DNA from: an uncultured Chromatiales bacterium
Lineage (GTDB): Bacteria; Pseudomonadota; Gammaproteobacteria; 21-64-14
Assembly: GCA_964487445.1 (NCBI GenBank)
Contig: CAZAQG010000001.1
Location: forward strand, 1-57,047
Length of the DNA: 57,047 nucleotides
Reading direction: 5' to 3'
Of the stretch, positions 30,748 through 41,700 are shown piece by piece. Position numbers and translations under genes: made by a program. Under the pieces are notes generated by a model. It did no database searches. It had not been told where the DNA came from and was given only the letters and a program-made list of their open reading frames with translations. How positions within the stretch are numbered: the first letter of the stretch is position 1; each line of letters opens with the position of its first letter.

Positions 30748-31707
30748 ATGCCGATGGAATTCAAAGATTATTATAAGACGCTGGGCCTGTCCCAGGACGC
30801 CTCCCAGGAGGAGGTCAAGCGCGCCTACCGTCGCCTGGCGCGCAAGTTCCACCCGGACGTGAGCAAGGAGCCCGACGCCGAGAATCGATTCAAGGAGGTC
30901 AACGAGGCCTACGAGGTCCTGAAGGATCCGGAAAAGCGTTCCGCCTACGACCGGCTCGGCAGCGAGTGGAAGAGTGGTCAGGACTTCCGTCCGCCGCCGG
31001 AGTGGGACGCGGGCTTCGAGTTCCGTGGCGGCGGATTCGCGGATGCCGATACGGCCGGATTCAGCGACTTCTTCGAGACGCTGTTCGGCGCCGGCGGACC
31101 ATTCCGCAGCGCGCGCGGCACCCACGCGCGCGGTGCGGCGTTGCGCGGCGAGGATCACCACGCCAAGGTCCTGATCGATCTCGAGGACGCCTATCGCGGC
31201 GCCACCCGCCAGATCCGGCTGGAGGTGCCGGAACTCGACCCGCACGGGCGCGTCAGGCGCCGCACCCGGACCCTGCAGGTGCGCATCCCCAAAGGCGTCG
31301 CTGCGGGCCAGCATATCCGCCTCGCCGGCCAGGGGGCGCCGGGCCCGGGCGGCGGTCCGGCCGGGGATCTGTATCTGGAGATCGCGTTCCGCCCCCACCC
31401 GCGCTTCGAAGTGCGCGGGCGCGACATCTATTGCACGCTGCCGGTGACGCCCTGGGAGGCGGCGCTCGGCGGGCGCGTCCAGGCACCGACCCTCGGCGGG
31501 CCGGTCGACCTCCAGATCCCCCCGGGCTCGCAGTCCGGGCGCAAGCTCCGGCTCAAGGGGCGCGGCCTGCCCGGGCGCACGCCGGGCGATCAGTACGTCG
31601 TCCTGCAGATCGTCACCCCGCCCGCGGACACCGAGGCGGCGCAGCGGTTCTACGAGCAGATGGCACGAACCTTTCCATTCGATCCGCGGACGCAGCAGGA
31701 GGGCTGA
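30748..31707 (+). CDS. cbpA: Curved-DNA-binding protein CbpA (DnaJ-like co-chaperone without zinc finger)
   Basis: J domain DYYKTLGL...[12 protein letters not shown], a G/F region and DnaJ C-terminal domains with no Cys repeats. Followed by cbpM. Confidence 0.88.
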   Translation: MPMEFKDYYKTLGLSQDASQEEVKRAYRRLARKFHPDVSKEPDAENRFKEVNEAYEVLKDPEKRSAYDRLGSEWKSGQDFRPPPEWDAGFEFRGGGFADADTAGFSDFFETLFGAGGPFRSARGTHARGAALRGEDHHAKVLIDLEDAYRGATRQIRLEVPELDPHGRVRRRTRTLQVRIPKGVAAGQHIRLAGQGAPGPGGGPAGDLYLEIAFRPHPRFEVRGRDIYCTLPVTPWEAALGGRVQAPTLGGPVDLQIPPGSQSGRKLRLKGRGLPGRTPGDQYVVLQIVTPPADTEAAQRFYEQMARTFPFDPRTQQEG

Positions 31708-31710
31708 GAC

Positions 31711-32049
31711 ATGTCCGGCCGCGAACCGATCACGCTCTCGGGATGGGTACTGGACGAGGAGTCCACGGTGGGCCCGGGCGAATTGTGCCGCGCGGCGCGC
31801 ATCTCCGCGGAACGGCTCCTGGACATGGTCCAAGAGGGGCTGCTGGAGCCGCTGGGCGGAGAATCCCCGGCGGACTGGCGCTTCCCGGCGACGGCGCTCC
31901 CGCGGGTGTGGGTGGTGGCACGGCTGCAGCGCGACCTGCAGGTGAACCTCGCCGGCGCGGCCCTGGCCCTGGACCTGATCGAGGAGCTGAATGTACTGAG
32001 GGAGCGGGTCCGGGCGCTCGAGCATCAACTCCGGTCCGATCCGGACTGA
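31711..32049 (+). CDS. cbpM: Chaperone-modulator protein CbpM (MerR-like)
   Basis: 112 aa starting 3 nt after cbpA, with RLQRDLQVNLAGAALALDLIEEL typical of CbpM. Confidence 0.8.
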   Translation: MSGREPITLSGWVLDEESTVGPGELCRAARISAERLLDMVQEGLLEPLGGESPADWRFPATALPRVWVVARLQRDLQVNLAGAALALDLIEELNVLRERVRALEHQLRSDPD

Positions 32050-32232
32050 ATCCGCCCGGAGCCGCCCCGGCACGCGGCGGAACCCTGAACCGTAGCGTGG
32101 GTCATTAGTGTAGTATTTCGCGCGTGGAGGCTCGATCGGCGATCCCTCCATGCATGAAACACTACACAAAAAGGGCCGGCGTTCCCGAACGCTTCCACGA
32201 GGCCCGTCGGCCCACACGACAGAGGAATCTCC

Positions 32233-33621
32233 ATGGTCCCGCCTGACAGGCGCCGCGCGGCGCCGGCTGTCCTGATCGCGCTGTTTGCGCTGCTGTGCTC
32301 GTCCGCCGCATTCGCCTCGATCCCCCCGGTGGTCGACGGCAAGCCCCTGCCCTCGCTGGCCCCGATGCTCGAGCGGGTGACCCCCTCGGTGGTCAACGTC
32401 ACCGCGCTGGGCCATGTGCAGGTCCGCAACCCGCTGCTCCGCGACCCGTTCTTCCGGCGCTTCTTCAATCTCCCGCAGGTACCGCGGGAGGAACAGCGCC
32501 AGGATATCGGTTCGGGCGTGATCGTCGACGCGCGCCGCGGCTACATCCTCACCAACAACCATGTGATCGCCAACGCCGACAAGATCCTCGTGACATTGCG
32601 CGACGGGCGCCGCTTCCCGGCGCGGCTGATCGGCACCGATCCCGCCTCGGACGTGGCAGTCATCCAGATCCACGCCAAGGGGCTCAAGGCCATCACGCTG
32701 GGCGACTCCGGGCACCTGCGCGTCGGTGACTTCGTGGTCGCCATCGGCAATCCGTTCGGACTCGGGCAGACGGTGACCTCCGGGATCGTCAGCGCCCTGG
32801 GGCGCAGCGGCCTGGGCCTGGAGGGCTACGAGGACTTCATTCAGACCGACGCCTCGATCAATCCCGGGAACTCCGGCGGTGCGCTGGTCAATCTGCGCGG
32901 ACAACTGGTGGGCATCAACACCGCGATCCTCAGCCCCCAGGGCGGTAACATCGGCATCGGCTTCGCGATCCCCATCGACATGGCGCGCGCGATCATGGAC
33001 CAGCTCATCCGCTACGGTCGCGTGCGCCGCGGGACCCTCGGCATCACCGCCCAGGACCTCACGCCGAGGCTGGCGCGGGCCTTCGGCATCCACGGCGACC
33101 GGGGCAGTGTGATCACGCGCGTCACACCGGGCTCATCGGCCGCACGCGCCGGCCTGCGGGTGGGCGACGTGGTGGTGGCCGTGGACGGCACGCCGGTGCG
33201 CCGCACGCTGGAGTTGCGCAACGCCGTCGGCCTGCTCCCGATCGGCCGGCGCGTGCGCCTCACTGTGTTGCGCAACGGCCGGCGACTGACGATCGAGGCG
33301 GTGATGGCGGCACCGCACCACCGGACCCTGGAGGGACAGCGCATCGACCCGCGGCTGGCGGGGGCGCTGTTCGGCGATGTGGAGCAAAGGGGGACCGGAA
33401 GTGCCGGCGGCGGCGCGCGGGTCGAGCGCGTCACCCCCGGAAGCCCCGCCTGGCGGGCCGGGCTGCGGCGAGGCGATGTAGTGGTCTCACTCGATCGTCA
33501 TGTGGTGCACAATGTGGACTCGTTACGTGCCGCGGCCGCGGCCGCGGGCGCAGGCGCCTCGCGCGCCCTGCTCCTGGATCTGCGGCGCGGCGACGGCGGC
33601 TTGTTCCTGGTGATCCAATAG
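32233..33621 (+). CDS. Periplasmic serine endoprotease, HtrA/DegP/DegQ (MucD-like), two PDZ domains
   Basis: Signal peptide, TNNHV, the catalytic GNSGGALVN motif and two PDZ segments. Confidence 0.9.
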   Translation: MVPPDRRRAAPAVLIALFALLCSSAAFASIPPVVDGKPLPSLAPMLERVTPSVVNVTALGHVQVRNPLLRDPFFRRFFNLPQVPREEQRQDIGSGVIVDARRGYILTNNHVIANADKILVTLRDGRRFPARLIGTDPASDVAVIQIHAKGLKAITLGDSGHLRVGDFVVAIGNPFGLGQTVTSGIVSALGRSGLGLEGYEDFIQTDASINPGNSGGALVNLRGQLVGINTAILSPQGGNIGIGFAIPIDMARAIMDQLIRYGRVRRGTLGITAQDLTPRLARAFGIHGDRGSVITRVTPGSSAARAGLRVGDVVVAVDGTPVRRTLELRNAVGLLPIGRRVRLTVLRNGRRLTIEAVMAAPHHRTLEGQRIDPRLAGALFGDVEQRGTGSAGGGARVERVTPGSPAWRAGLRRGDVVVSLDRHVVHNVDSLRAAAAAAGAGASRALLLDLRRGDGGLFLVIQ

Positions 33622-33772
33622 CCGCACGCGGCGACACCCGTCCGTCTTGGTTTTGCGTCGCGCCGCCGGTATAGTGCCGGGGCACGGTCGCCCGCGCCGG
33701 CGGCGGGCGTCGCAAGAACCGACTCCGCCTGGTTTCGGATCGCCCGCCGCACGTCTCACTCGGACATCGCTC

Positions 33773-34870
33773 ATGGGCCGACAGACCGCTCTTCATTCCC
33801 GACACCTCGATGCGGGGGCCCGCATGGTGGACTTCGGCGGCTGGGACATGCCGCTGCACTATGGCTCCCAGATCGAGGAACACCACCGGGTACGCCGCGA
33901 CGCGGGGATGTTCGACGTCTCCCACATGGCGGTGCTGGACCTCGAGGGGACGGGCGCGCAGGCACTGCTGCGCCGGCTGCTCGCCAACGACGTGGCACGC
34001 CTGCGGGAGCCGGGCAAGGCCCTCTACAGTTGCATGCTCAACGCCCACGGCGGGGTGATCGACGACCTGATCGTGTACTTCCTCGCCGACGACCGTTTCC
34101 GCATGGTCGTCAACGCCGCGACGCGCGACAAGGACCGCGCCTGGATCGAGCGGCAGGCGGAGGACTTCGATGTCCGGGTGCGGGAGCGCGCGGACACGGC
34201 GATGATCGCCGTCCAGGGGCCGCAGGCACGGGAACGGGCGCTGCAGGCGCTGCCGCCGCCCGCGGCGCGCGCCGCGGGCGCGCTCGCCCCCTTTTACGGC
34301 GCACCCGCCGGGGACTGGTTCGTGGCCCGCACCGGCTACACCGGCGAAGACGGCCTCGAGGTGATCCTGCCCGCGGGCGAGGCACCGGCGTTCTGGGACG
34401 CCCTGCGCGCGGCCGGCGTCGCCCCGTGCGGGCTCGGGGCGCGCGACACCCTGCGCCTTGAGGCGGGCCTGAATCTCTACGGCGCCGACATGGATGAGTC
34501 CACCACCCCGCTCGAGTCGGGGCTCGCGTGGACCGTGGCCTGGGCCCCGCCGGAGCGCGCCTTCATCGGCCGCGAAACGCTGGAGGCGCAGCGCGGCACC
34601 GACCATGCGCGCCTCGTCGGCCTCGTGTTGAAAGAGAAGGGCGTACTGCGCAACCATCAGAAAGTGCGGGTGGACGGAGTGGCGGCCGGCGAAATCACCA
34701 GCGGCGGCTATTCCCCGACCCTCGCCAGGTCCATCGCCCTGGCGAGGCTGTCCGGCGCCGACGGCGACTCGTGCAGGGTGGAGATTCGTGGCAGACTGGT
34801 GCCGGCACGGATGGTGACCCCCCCCTTCGTGCGCCACGGGAAACCATGCGTGACGATCGATCCGATCTGA
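33773..34870 (+). CDS. gcvT: Glycine cleavage system aminomethyltransferase (T protein)
   Basis: MVDFGGWDMPLHYGS, FDVSHM and TGYTGEDGLE motifs. ATG at 33773. Confidence 0.93.
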   Translation: MGRQTALHSRHLDAGARMVDFGGWDMPLHYGSQIEEHHRVRRDAGMFDVSHMAVLDLEGTGAQALLRRLLANDVARLREPGKALYSCMLNAHGGVIDDLIVYFLADDRFRMVVNAATRDKDRAWIERQAEDFDVRVRERADTAMIAVQGPQARERALQALPPPAARAAGALAPFYGAPAGDWFVARTGYTGEDGLEVILPAGEAPAFWDALRAAGVAPCGLGARDTLRLEAGLNLYGADMDESTTPLESGLAWTVAWAPPERAFIGRETLEAQRGTDHARLVGLVLKEKGVLRNHQKVRVDGVAAGEITSGGYSPTLARSIALARLSGADGDSCRVEIRGRLVPARMVTPPFVRHGKPCVTIDPI

Positions 34871-34906
34871 GACCGGCACTCCGGGACGGGAATGGCGTAA
34901 GAGACG

Positions 34907-35302
34907 ATGAGCGAGATACCCGAAGACCTCAAGTACACCAAGACCCACGAGTGGGTGCGCACGAACGACGACGGCACCGTGACCGTCGGCATCTCCGACC
35001 CTGCGCAGGAGCAGATGGGCGATATGGTCTATGTCGAGGTTCCGGAGGCGGGGCGCACCGTGCAGGCCGGCGAGGCATGCGCCGTCGTGGAATCGGTCAA
35101 GTCCGCCTCGGACGTCTACGCCCCGGTCTCGGGCGAGGTGGTGGAAGGCAATACCGCGCTGGCCGACCACCCGGAGCGGGTCAACCGGGAACCCTACGGG
35201 GCCGGCTGGCTGCTGCGCATCCGCCCCGGCGCGGGCGTGGCGCTCGACCACCTGCTGGAGGCCTCGGCGTACACGCAATTCCTGGCCGCCGAGGAACACT
35301 GA
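34907..35302 (+). CDS. gcvH: Glycine cleavage system H protein
   Basis: YTKTHEWV...VESVKSASDVYAPVSG (lipoyl-lysine motif). Confidence 0.95.
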   Translation: MSEIPEDLKYTKTHEWVRTNDDGTVTVGISDPAQEQMGDMVYVEVPEAGRTVQAGEACAVVESVKSASDVYAPVSGEVVEGNTALADHPERVNREPYGAGWLLRIRPGAGVALDHLLEASAYTQFLAAEEH

Positions 35303-35362
35303 ACCGCGGCGCGGGCGCCGCGCGCCTGCGCGAACGCCGCCCGAACCCCTATCCGGTCCGCC

Positions 35363-36760
35363 ATGCCGTTCATTCCCCATACCGAGGACGACGTTCGCGA
35401 GATGCTCCGCGCCATCGGCGTGGCGCGCATCGAGGACTTGTTCGGCGAGATCCCGCCGTCGCTGCGCTGCCGCCCGCTGGAGGGCCTCCCGGAGGGGCTG
35501 AACGAGGCGGCGATCACCCGCGTTCTGATGGAACGCGCCGAGCGCGACGGGCGCCCGCTGTGCTTCGCCGGCGCCGGCGCCTACGACCACCACGTGCCAG
35601 CGGCGGTCTGGGAACTGGCCACGCGCGGCGAATTCTACAGCGCCTACACCCCCTATCAGGCCGAAGCCTCGCAGGGCACCCTGCAGGTGCTCTACGAGTA
35701 CCAGACGATGATGGCCAATCTCATGGCCATGGAGGTATCCAACGCCTCGCTCTACGACGGCGCCTCGGCGCTGGCCGAGGCGGTACTCATGGCGGTACGC
35801 GCCAACCGTAAGGTCCGCTCGCGCCGCATCCTGCTGCCGACGGCGGTGCACCCCACCTATCGCAAGGTGGTCCGCACGCTGGTGGGGCGCCAGGGGATCG
35901 AGCTGGTGGAGATCCCCTACGACCCGCAGTGCGGCGACACCCCCCTGGAGGCCGTCGAGCGGTGCGCCGGCGACGATCCGGCGGCCCTCGTCGTCCCGCA
36001 GCCGAACTTCTTCGGCGTCCTCGAGGACGCCGATGCGCTGACCGACTGGGCGCACGAGCGCGGCGCGCTCGTCATCGGCCTCGTCAACCCGCTCGCGATG
36101 GCGGTACTCGAACCCCCCGGGCACTGGGGCGGCGACGGCGCGGATATCGCCTGCGGCGAGGGCCAGCCGCTGGGGATCCCGCTCTCCTCGGGCGGACCGT
36201 ATTTCGGCTTCCTGTGTTGCAAGCAAGTGTACGTACGCCAGATGCCGGGCCGACTCGCCGGGCGCACGGTGGATCTCGAGGGCCGCCCCGGCTTCACCCT
36301 CACGCTGCAGGCCCGCGAACAGCACATCCGCCGGTCCAAGGCGACCTCCAACATCTGCACCAACCAGGGCCTCGCGGTCACCGCGGCGACGATCCACATG
36401 GCGCTGCTCGGCGCCGAGGGCCTGGAACGTACGGCGGGCGTCTGTCACCGCAACACCCGCGCCCTGGCGGAGCGCCTGTGCGCGCTGCCCGGCGTCGAAC
36501 GCGTCTTCCCCGGTCCGTTCTTCCACGAGGCCGTACTGCGTCTGAGCGCGCCCGCGACAGCCGTGCTGCGCGCGCTGGCGGCGCAGAACATCGTCGGCGG
36601 TCACGACCTCGCGACCGACTACCCGGAACTCGGCAACGCGCTGCTGGTGTGCGCGACCGAGACCCGCAACGAAGACGACCTGGACGCCTACGCCCGGCAC
36701 CTGGGACGCATTCTGTCCAAGCAGGGCGCGCCGTCCTGTCCGGTACCCCCGAAGATCTGA
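35363..36760 (+). CDS. gcvPA: Glycine dehydrogenase (decarboxylating) subunit 1 (P protein alpha)
   Basis: [20 protein letters not shown]..., [14 protein letters not shown] and [13 protein letters not shown]; 465 aa, which is subunit-1 size. Confidence 0.92.
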   Translation: MPFIPHTEDDVREMLRAIGVARIEDLFGEIPPSLRCRPLEGLPEGLNEAAITRVLMERAERDGRPLCFAGAGAYDHHVPAAVWELATRGEFYSAYTPYQAEASQGTLQVLYEYQTMMANLMAMEVSNASLYDGASALAEAVLMAVRANRKVRSRRILLPTAVHPTYRKVVRTLVGRQGIELVEIPYDPQCGDTPLEAVERCAGDDPAALVVPQPNFFGVLEDADALTDWAHERGALVIGLVNPLAMAVLEPPGHWGGDGADIACGEGQPLGIPLSSGGPYFGFLCCKQVYVRQMPGRLAGRTVDLEGRPGFTLTLQAREQHIRRSKATSNICTNQGLAVTAATIHMALLGAEGLERTAGVCHRNTRALAERLCALPGVERVFPGPFFHEAVLRLSAPATAVLRALAAQNIVGGHDLATDYPELGNALLVCATETRNEDDLDAYARHLGRILSKQGAPSCPVPPKI

Positions 36761-36973
36761 TCCGCAACCGCGGACGAGTGCGCCCCGGCCCCATCCGGAC
36801 GAGGAGGAGAGGCATGGTCACGATCGCCCTGAGGGGGCAATCCGATTCGCAACCGCGGCGAACCCCCGGCGGCGGGCGGCGGATTTTCGGCCATCGTCCA
36901 AATTCCACACGCTGAATCGCGAGCCTGGATACCGATCCCGAATAACACCCCGGTCGGGCGCACGCGTGCCAAG

Positions 36974-37453
36974 TCAGGTAAGCACGTTACGCACCATGCC
37001 TTCCAGGGTATCGAGCGAGGGGATATGGGCGGTCTCGCCGAGGACGTCCACCGTCTGGCACACCACCGCGTGGGTGATCCCGGCGTCCAGGGGGTGGATT
37101 CCGTCCCGTTCCACCTGCACCAAGTGCGGGAGATCCTGGATGGCGAGCGCGTAGAATGGCGGATCCTGCCACCCGCCCAGCACATTGATCACCGCGATAC
37201 GGGCGCGTAGCCCCGGGGGCGGCGGCGACGCGCCGCACACCGCCTCGAAGGAGATCATCGGGATCTTGCGCTCGCGCCAGGAGAACAGACCGAGCATCCA
37301 GTCCGGAGCACTCGGCAGCGGCTCGGGGTCCATGTAGGGGACGATTTCGGCCACGGCGGCGTTCGGCAGCAGCAGTTGCGCACCGGCGATCGGCAGCAGC
37401 AGGCTGCGCACGCGCGCGGGGGGAGGCACGTGGGCGGTTGCACTCTGGCTCAT
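36974..37453 (-). CDS. chpC: CheW-like coupling protein ChpC
   Basis: 159 aa of CheW fold (LLLPIAG...LPNAAVAEIV...WMLGLFSWRERKIPMISF). The ATG overlaps the chpB stop (ATGA). Confidence 0.78.
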   Translation of the reverse strand: MSQSATAHVPPPARVRSLLLPIAGAQLLLPNAAVAEIVPYMDPEPLPSAPDWMLGLFSWRERKIPMISFEAVCGASPPPPGLRARIAVINVLGGWQDPPFYALAIQDLPHLVQVERDGIHPLDAGITHAVVCQTVDVLGETAHIPSLDTLEGMVRNVLT

Positions 37454-38766
37454 GTTGCGACTCCTTGTAACTCGCAGCCCCTGTCGGACGCGGCAAGGGT
37501 TTTCATCAACTGGTCCGCCAAGCTCTCCGGCGGGCCGCTCAGGCTTACCACGCCGGCGCGCCGGGCGTGGTCGGGCATGCTGCTGATCACGGCGCTGGCG
37601 GCGTCCTGGGCCCAGACCACGCCGCCCTCCGCGGCGATCGCCCGGGCGCCCTCGATACCGTCGTCGCCCATACCGCTGAAGACGATGGCACCGGCGTTGA
37701 CACCGTAGCGTTGCGCCACCTCGTGCATCACCTCGTCGATGGACGGGCTGTAGATACCGCGCTCGGCGAGCGGGTGCAGCGCCACGCATCCGTCGCGATC
37801 GATGCGCAGGGCCTGGTCGAGCGGGGCGAGCAACACATCGCCGTGGCGCAACCGGGCGCCGGCGTGGGCGCAGACGACGTGCAGGGCGGTCTCCCGGTCC
37901 AGTTGGCTCGCAAGCAACTGGTCGAAACCCTCGCCGATGTGCTGCGCGAGAATAAACGCGATCGGCGATTCACCCGACAGCCGGCCGAGAAAGGCACGCA
38001 CCGCCTGGGGTCCGCCGAGAGAAGCGCCCAGGACCCATACACGCCGCGCGCGGTCCGGCGCCGTCGTCGACCGGCCCGGGGGGTACGGCTCCGGGATATC
38101 GGACCCGGCGGCACCCGAGTCGACGTCGTCCGGCACCGGACAACCGCCGTCGGGAGTGGATCGGCCGATCCACTCGGGCACCGGCGCCGGATCCGCCCAC
38201 TCCGACGATCCCTCGTGAGGCACCTCCGTGCGAGGCGCCTCGGGCGCGGGCGCCGGGGCGCCGGGGGAGTCGACGGCGACCGCTCCCGCCCCGAAGTCGG
38301 GGGGGGGGTCCCGGGCCGCGCCGCGCCCCGCATCCGGAAGCACACCCGAATCCGCGCCCGGGAGCGTCTCGGGGGACGCGCCGGGGTGCCCGGGCCGGCG
38401 CAGCCGCGGTGGATGCACCCCGCTCAGGGCCCGAAACTTGCGTGCCAACCGCGCGCCGAGATCGGCTTGGCCGGTGCTGGCACTGGCATCGTTGAACAGG
38501 ACCGGAACCGGACTGCACTCGATCAGCTCGAGCAGGATATCGGGTTCCCGGGCCGTGCCCTCGTCGAGGTCCACCAGCAGCAGGTCGACCCCCTGCGCGC
38601 CGAGATCGTCCAGCCCCCGCACGTCGCCCGGCGCGGCGCTCGCCACGACGCGGAACCCCTGCCGCTCCAGCAGGCGTCCTACGGTCTCGCGGCGTGGTCC
38701 GGATTGCGCCAGGACCGCGACCCGCAACGGCGCACGTTCATGGTCCGCCATGCCCGGCACGCTCAT
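37450..38766 (-). CDS. chpB: CheB-type methylesterase ChpB (degenerate receiver + long linker + esterase)
   Basis: The esterase triad context is GASLGGP / AQHIGEGF / GMGDDG. The N-terminal REC-like domain lacks the DD pair (VAVLAQSG). Confidence 0.87.
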   Translation of the reverse strand: MSVPGMADHERAPLRVAVLAQSGPRRETVGRLLERQGFRVVASAAPGDVRGLDDLGAQGVDLLLVDLDEGTAREPDILLELIECSPVPVLFNDASASTGQADLGARLARKFRALSGVHPPRLRRPGHPGASPETLPGADSGVLPDAGRGAARDPPPDFGAGAVAVDSPGAPAPAPEAPRTEVPHEGSSEWADPAPVPEWIGRSTPDGGCPVPDDVDSGAAGSDIPEPYPPGRSTTAPDRARRVWVLGASLGGPQAVRAFLGRLSGESPIAFILAQHIGEGFDQLLASQLDRETALHVVCAHAGARLRHGDVLLAPLDQALRIDRDGCVALHPLAERGIYSPSIDEVMHEVAQRYGVNAGAIVFSGMGDDGIEGARAIAAEGGVVWAQDAASAVISSMPDHARRAGVVSLSGPPESLADQLMKTLAASDRGCELQGVAT

Positions 38767-41700
38767 TGAGCAGGGCGTGAAGGTTCTCGATCAACTCGCC
38801 CTCCTGGTACGGTTTGCCGAGATAGCGGTTCACCCCGAGCCGCAGGGCGTGTTCACGGTGTTTTTCTCCGGTACGCGAGGTGATCATGATGATCGGGATC
38901 TCCCGCAGGCGACTCTCGTTGCGCATGTGCGTGGCCAGTTCGAAGCCGTCCATGCGCGGCATCTCGATGTCCAGCAGCATGATATCGGGGACATGCTCCT
39001 GCAGCAGGGCCACGGCGTCGACACCGTCCTTCGCGGTGAGCACATCCATGCCGTTGCGCTCGAGCAGGCGCGCGGTGACCTTGCGCACCGTGATCGAGTC
39101 GTCGACCACCATCACCGTCACCCGTCCGCTGGGCTCGGGCTCCGGCTCGACCTTCACCGGCGGCGCGCCGAGCAAGGCGGCCGACAGGCGCACCAGGGCG
39201 CCGGCATCGACGATCAGTACCACGCGTCCGTCGCCCAGGATGGTTGCGCCGGAGATGCCGCGCACCGTGCTCAGCTGCGGTCCGACCGACTTGACCACGA
39301 TCTCGCGACTGCCGAGCAACCGGTCGACCAGCAGCGCGCTCTGATGACCGCCGCTGCGCACCAGCAGCACCGGGACCTTGCGGTCGGTGAGCGCCGGCAT
39401 CGTCGAGATACCGAGCAGGGCGCCGAGGTGCGCCAGCCGGTAGGGCTGTCCGGCATACTCCAGCACCGGGGTCTCCTCGCCGAGGTGACAGGAGACCTCG
39501 TCGTAGCCCAGGCGCACGATCCCCTCGACGCTGGAGAGCGGGATCGCGTAGAGGTCCTCGCCCACCTGGACCAGCAGGGCCTGGGTGACGGCCAGCGTGA
39601 ACGGCAGCCGGATGATGAAGGTCGTACCGCGGCCGACGTGCGAATCGATCTCGAACTGACCGCCGAGCTGCTTGATCTCACTGTTGACGACATCCATGCC
39701 CACGCCGCGGCCCGAGATCTGGGTGAGCGTGCGTGCGGTGCTGAACCCGGACTCGAGGATGAACTGCATGACATTGTGGTCGCTGACCTTGGCGTCCGCG
39801 GCGAGCATGCCGCGCTCGACGGCCTTGCGGCGGATCACATCGAGGTCGATCCCGGCACCGTCGTCGGAAACGCGGATCACCACCTCCGAGCCCTCGCGCG
39901 ACAGGCCCAACAGGACGGTGCCGGTCTCGGGCTTGCCCGCGACGCGGCGCACCTCCGGCGTCTCGATCCCGTGCGAGATCGCGTTTCGCAACATATGCTC
40001 CATCGGCGCCACCAGCCGATCGAGGACGGCGCGGTCCATTTCCCCCTCGGCGCCCTCGACCTTCAGCTCGGCGCGCTTGCCGAGCGGCGTACAGGTCTGG
40101 CGCACGATGCGACGCAGCCGCGGGATCAGGCCCGCGAACGGCACCATGCGCGTGTGCATGAGGCCCTCCTGCATCTCGGTGTTCACGCGCGACTGCTGCA
40201 GCAGCAGGGTCTCGGACTCCCGCGACAGATGCTCCAGCAGACCCTGAATGCTGACCAGATCGCTGACGCTCTCGGCGAGGCCGCGCGAGAGTTGCTGGAC
40301 GTGCGAATAGCGGTCGAGTTCCAGGGGGTCGAAGTCCTCCTGCGACTCGGCCTCGGCCTCGTGGCGGTACAGGATCTGCGCCTCGGTCTCGATTTCCAGG
40401 CGCCGGAGCTGCTCGCGCAGCCGCGCCACCGTCTGATCGAACTCCACCAGGTTGAAGCGGATGGCGGCGGTCTGCTGCTCCATGCGCGAGCGGTAGATGC
40501 TGATCTCACCGGCGTAGTTGACCAGGTTATCGAGCAGGTCGGCCTTGACGCGCACGGTCTCGGACTGCACGCGCGGGGCGCCGCGCCGCTCGATGCGAAG
40601 CGCCGGTTGCACGGCCGGGGCCGGCCCCCCGGAACCCTCTCCCAAACCCTCCGCTTCGGTCTTCTTCTCCACACCCGCCGCGGAGGGGGCGGCGACGGAC
40701 CCCTCATCCGCCTCGGGAGGCGGTTCGTCGGAGTCGCCGGCCGATTGCGCCGCGAGCGTCGGCGCCGGGTCGTCGGTCGCCGCCGCGGACGCGGACGAGA
40801 CACCGCGCCCGGTGCGCGCCGCTTCCAGTTCCGCCACCAGATCCGGGGCGGGTGCGGGCACTGCGCCGTCGCGCAGGGCCTCGTGCATGATGTGGAACTG
40901 ATCCAGAGTCACATGCAGCGTCTGAAACAGATCCCGAGAGGCCTCCACGTGACCGTCGATCGCGGCGCTCAACAAAGACTCCATGGCATGGCTCAGATCG
41001 GCGATGGCGCCGATATCCGCCATCCGTGCCCCCCCCTTCAGGGTATGGAGTTCACGTTGCAGCTCCGTGACCCGCCGGATCTCCTCCGGGTGCTGTTCCC
41101 AGGCATCGAGGGTCTCGTCCGCCGCCTCCAGCAGTTCCTCGGCTTCCTCCAGGAAGATCTCGGCCAATTCGTCGGACAGTTCGTCGCGGGTTTCGGTGAC
41201 CGGCTCGGCGCGCGGCGCGGGCGCCGCCGCGGAAGGCTCGATCGGGTTCTCCTCCGGCGCCGGTCCGGGCACCGGTTCGGCCTTCGGCCCCTCATCGGTT
41301 CCGGTCTCGAATTCGATCGCATCGTCGGGTCCCGTCAATCCGCCGATCCGGGACAGGTGCGCCTCGACCACCCGCTCGATGCGTTCCAACAGGGGCCCGT
41401 GGTCCGGCATCGCGGTTCCCGGCTGCGCCAGCGTAGCGAGCTGAGCGCGCATCAAGGCCGCAGCATCGGAGAACAGCGGCGCCAGCGCCAAGTCGTAGGC
41501 GGCGCCGGCCACGGCGGGCAGTTGTGCCAGTTTCTCCAGAGCCCCCGCGACCTCCGCGATCTCGGGCACGCCGGCCATGTGAGCGCTGCCGTACAGGGTA
41601 TGGAAGGCGCGTATCAGTTCCTCGGTGATGCGACAGCCGGACTCCTCCTGCCCGTCACAGCGGGCCACGAAGTCATCGACGCTCGTCAGGTGATCGTGAA

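Noticed and set aside
32100-32232. SigmaE-type promoter (GGAACTT-N16-TCAAA) upstream of the HtrA/DegP gene.
   Set aside because: I could not find a convincing -35/-10 pair at the correct spacing.
33622-33772. Possible glycine riboswitch ahead of gcvT.
   Set aside because: GCGCCGGCGGCGGGCGUCGCAAGAACCGACUCCGCCUGG shows only loose resemblance. I could not find the GGAGAG...CACCGAAGGGGCAA...CUCAGGCAAAAGGAC core. It needs a covariance-model scan (Rfam RF00504) before any call.
36814-36915. 33-codon ORF after a strong Shine-Dalgarno, considered as a real gene or a gcvPB remnant.
   Set aside because: It is too short, coding bias decays along it, and I could not align it to GcvPB N-termini. It is kept only as part of the junction observation.
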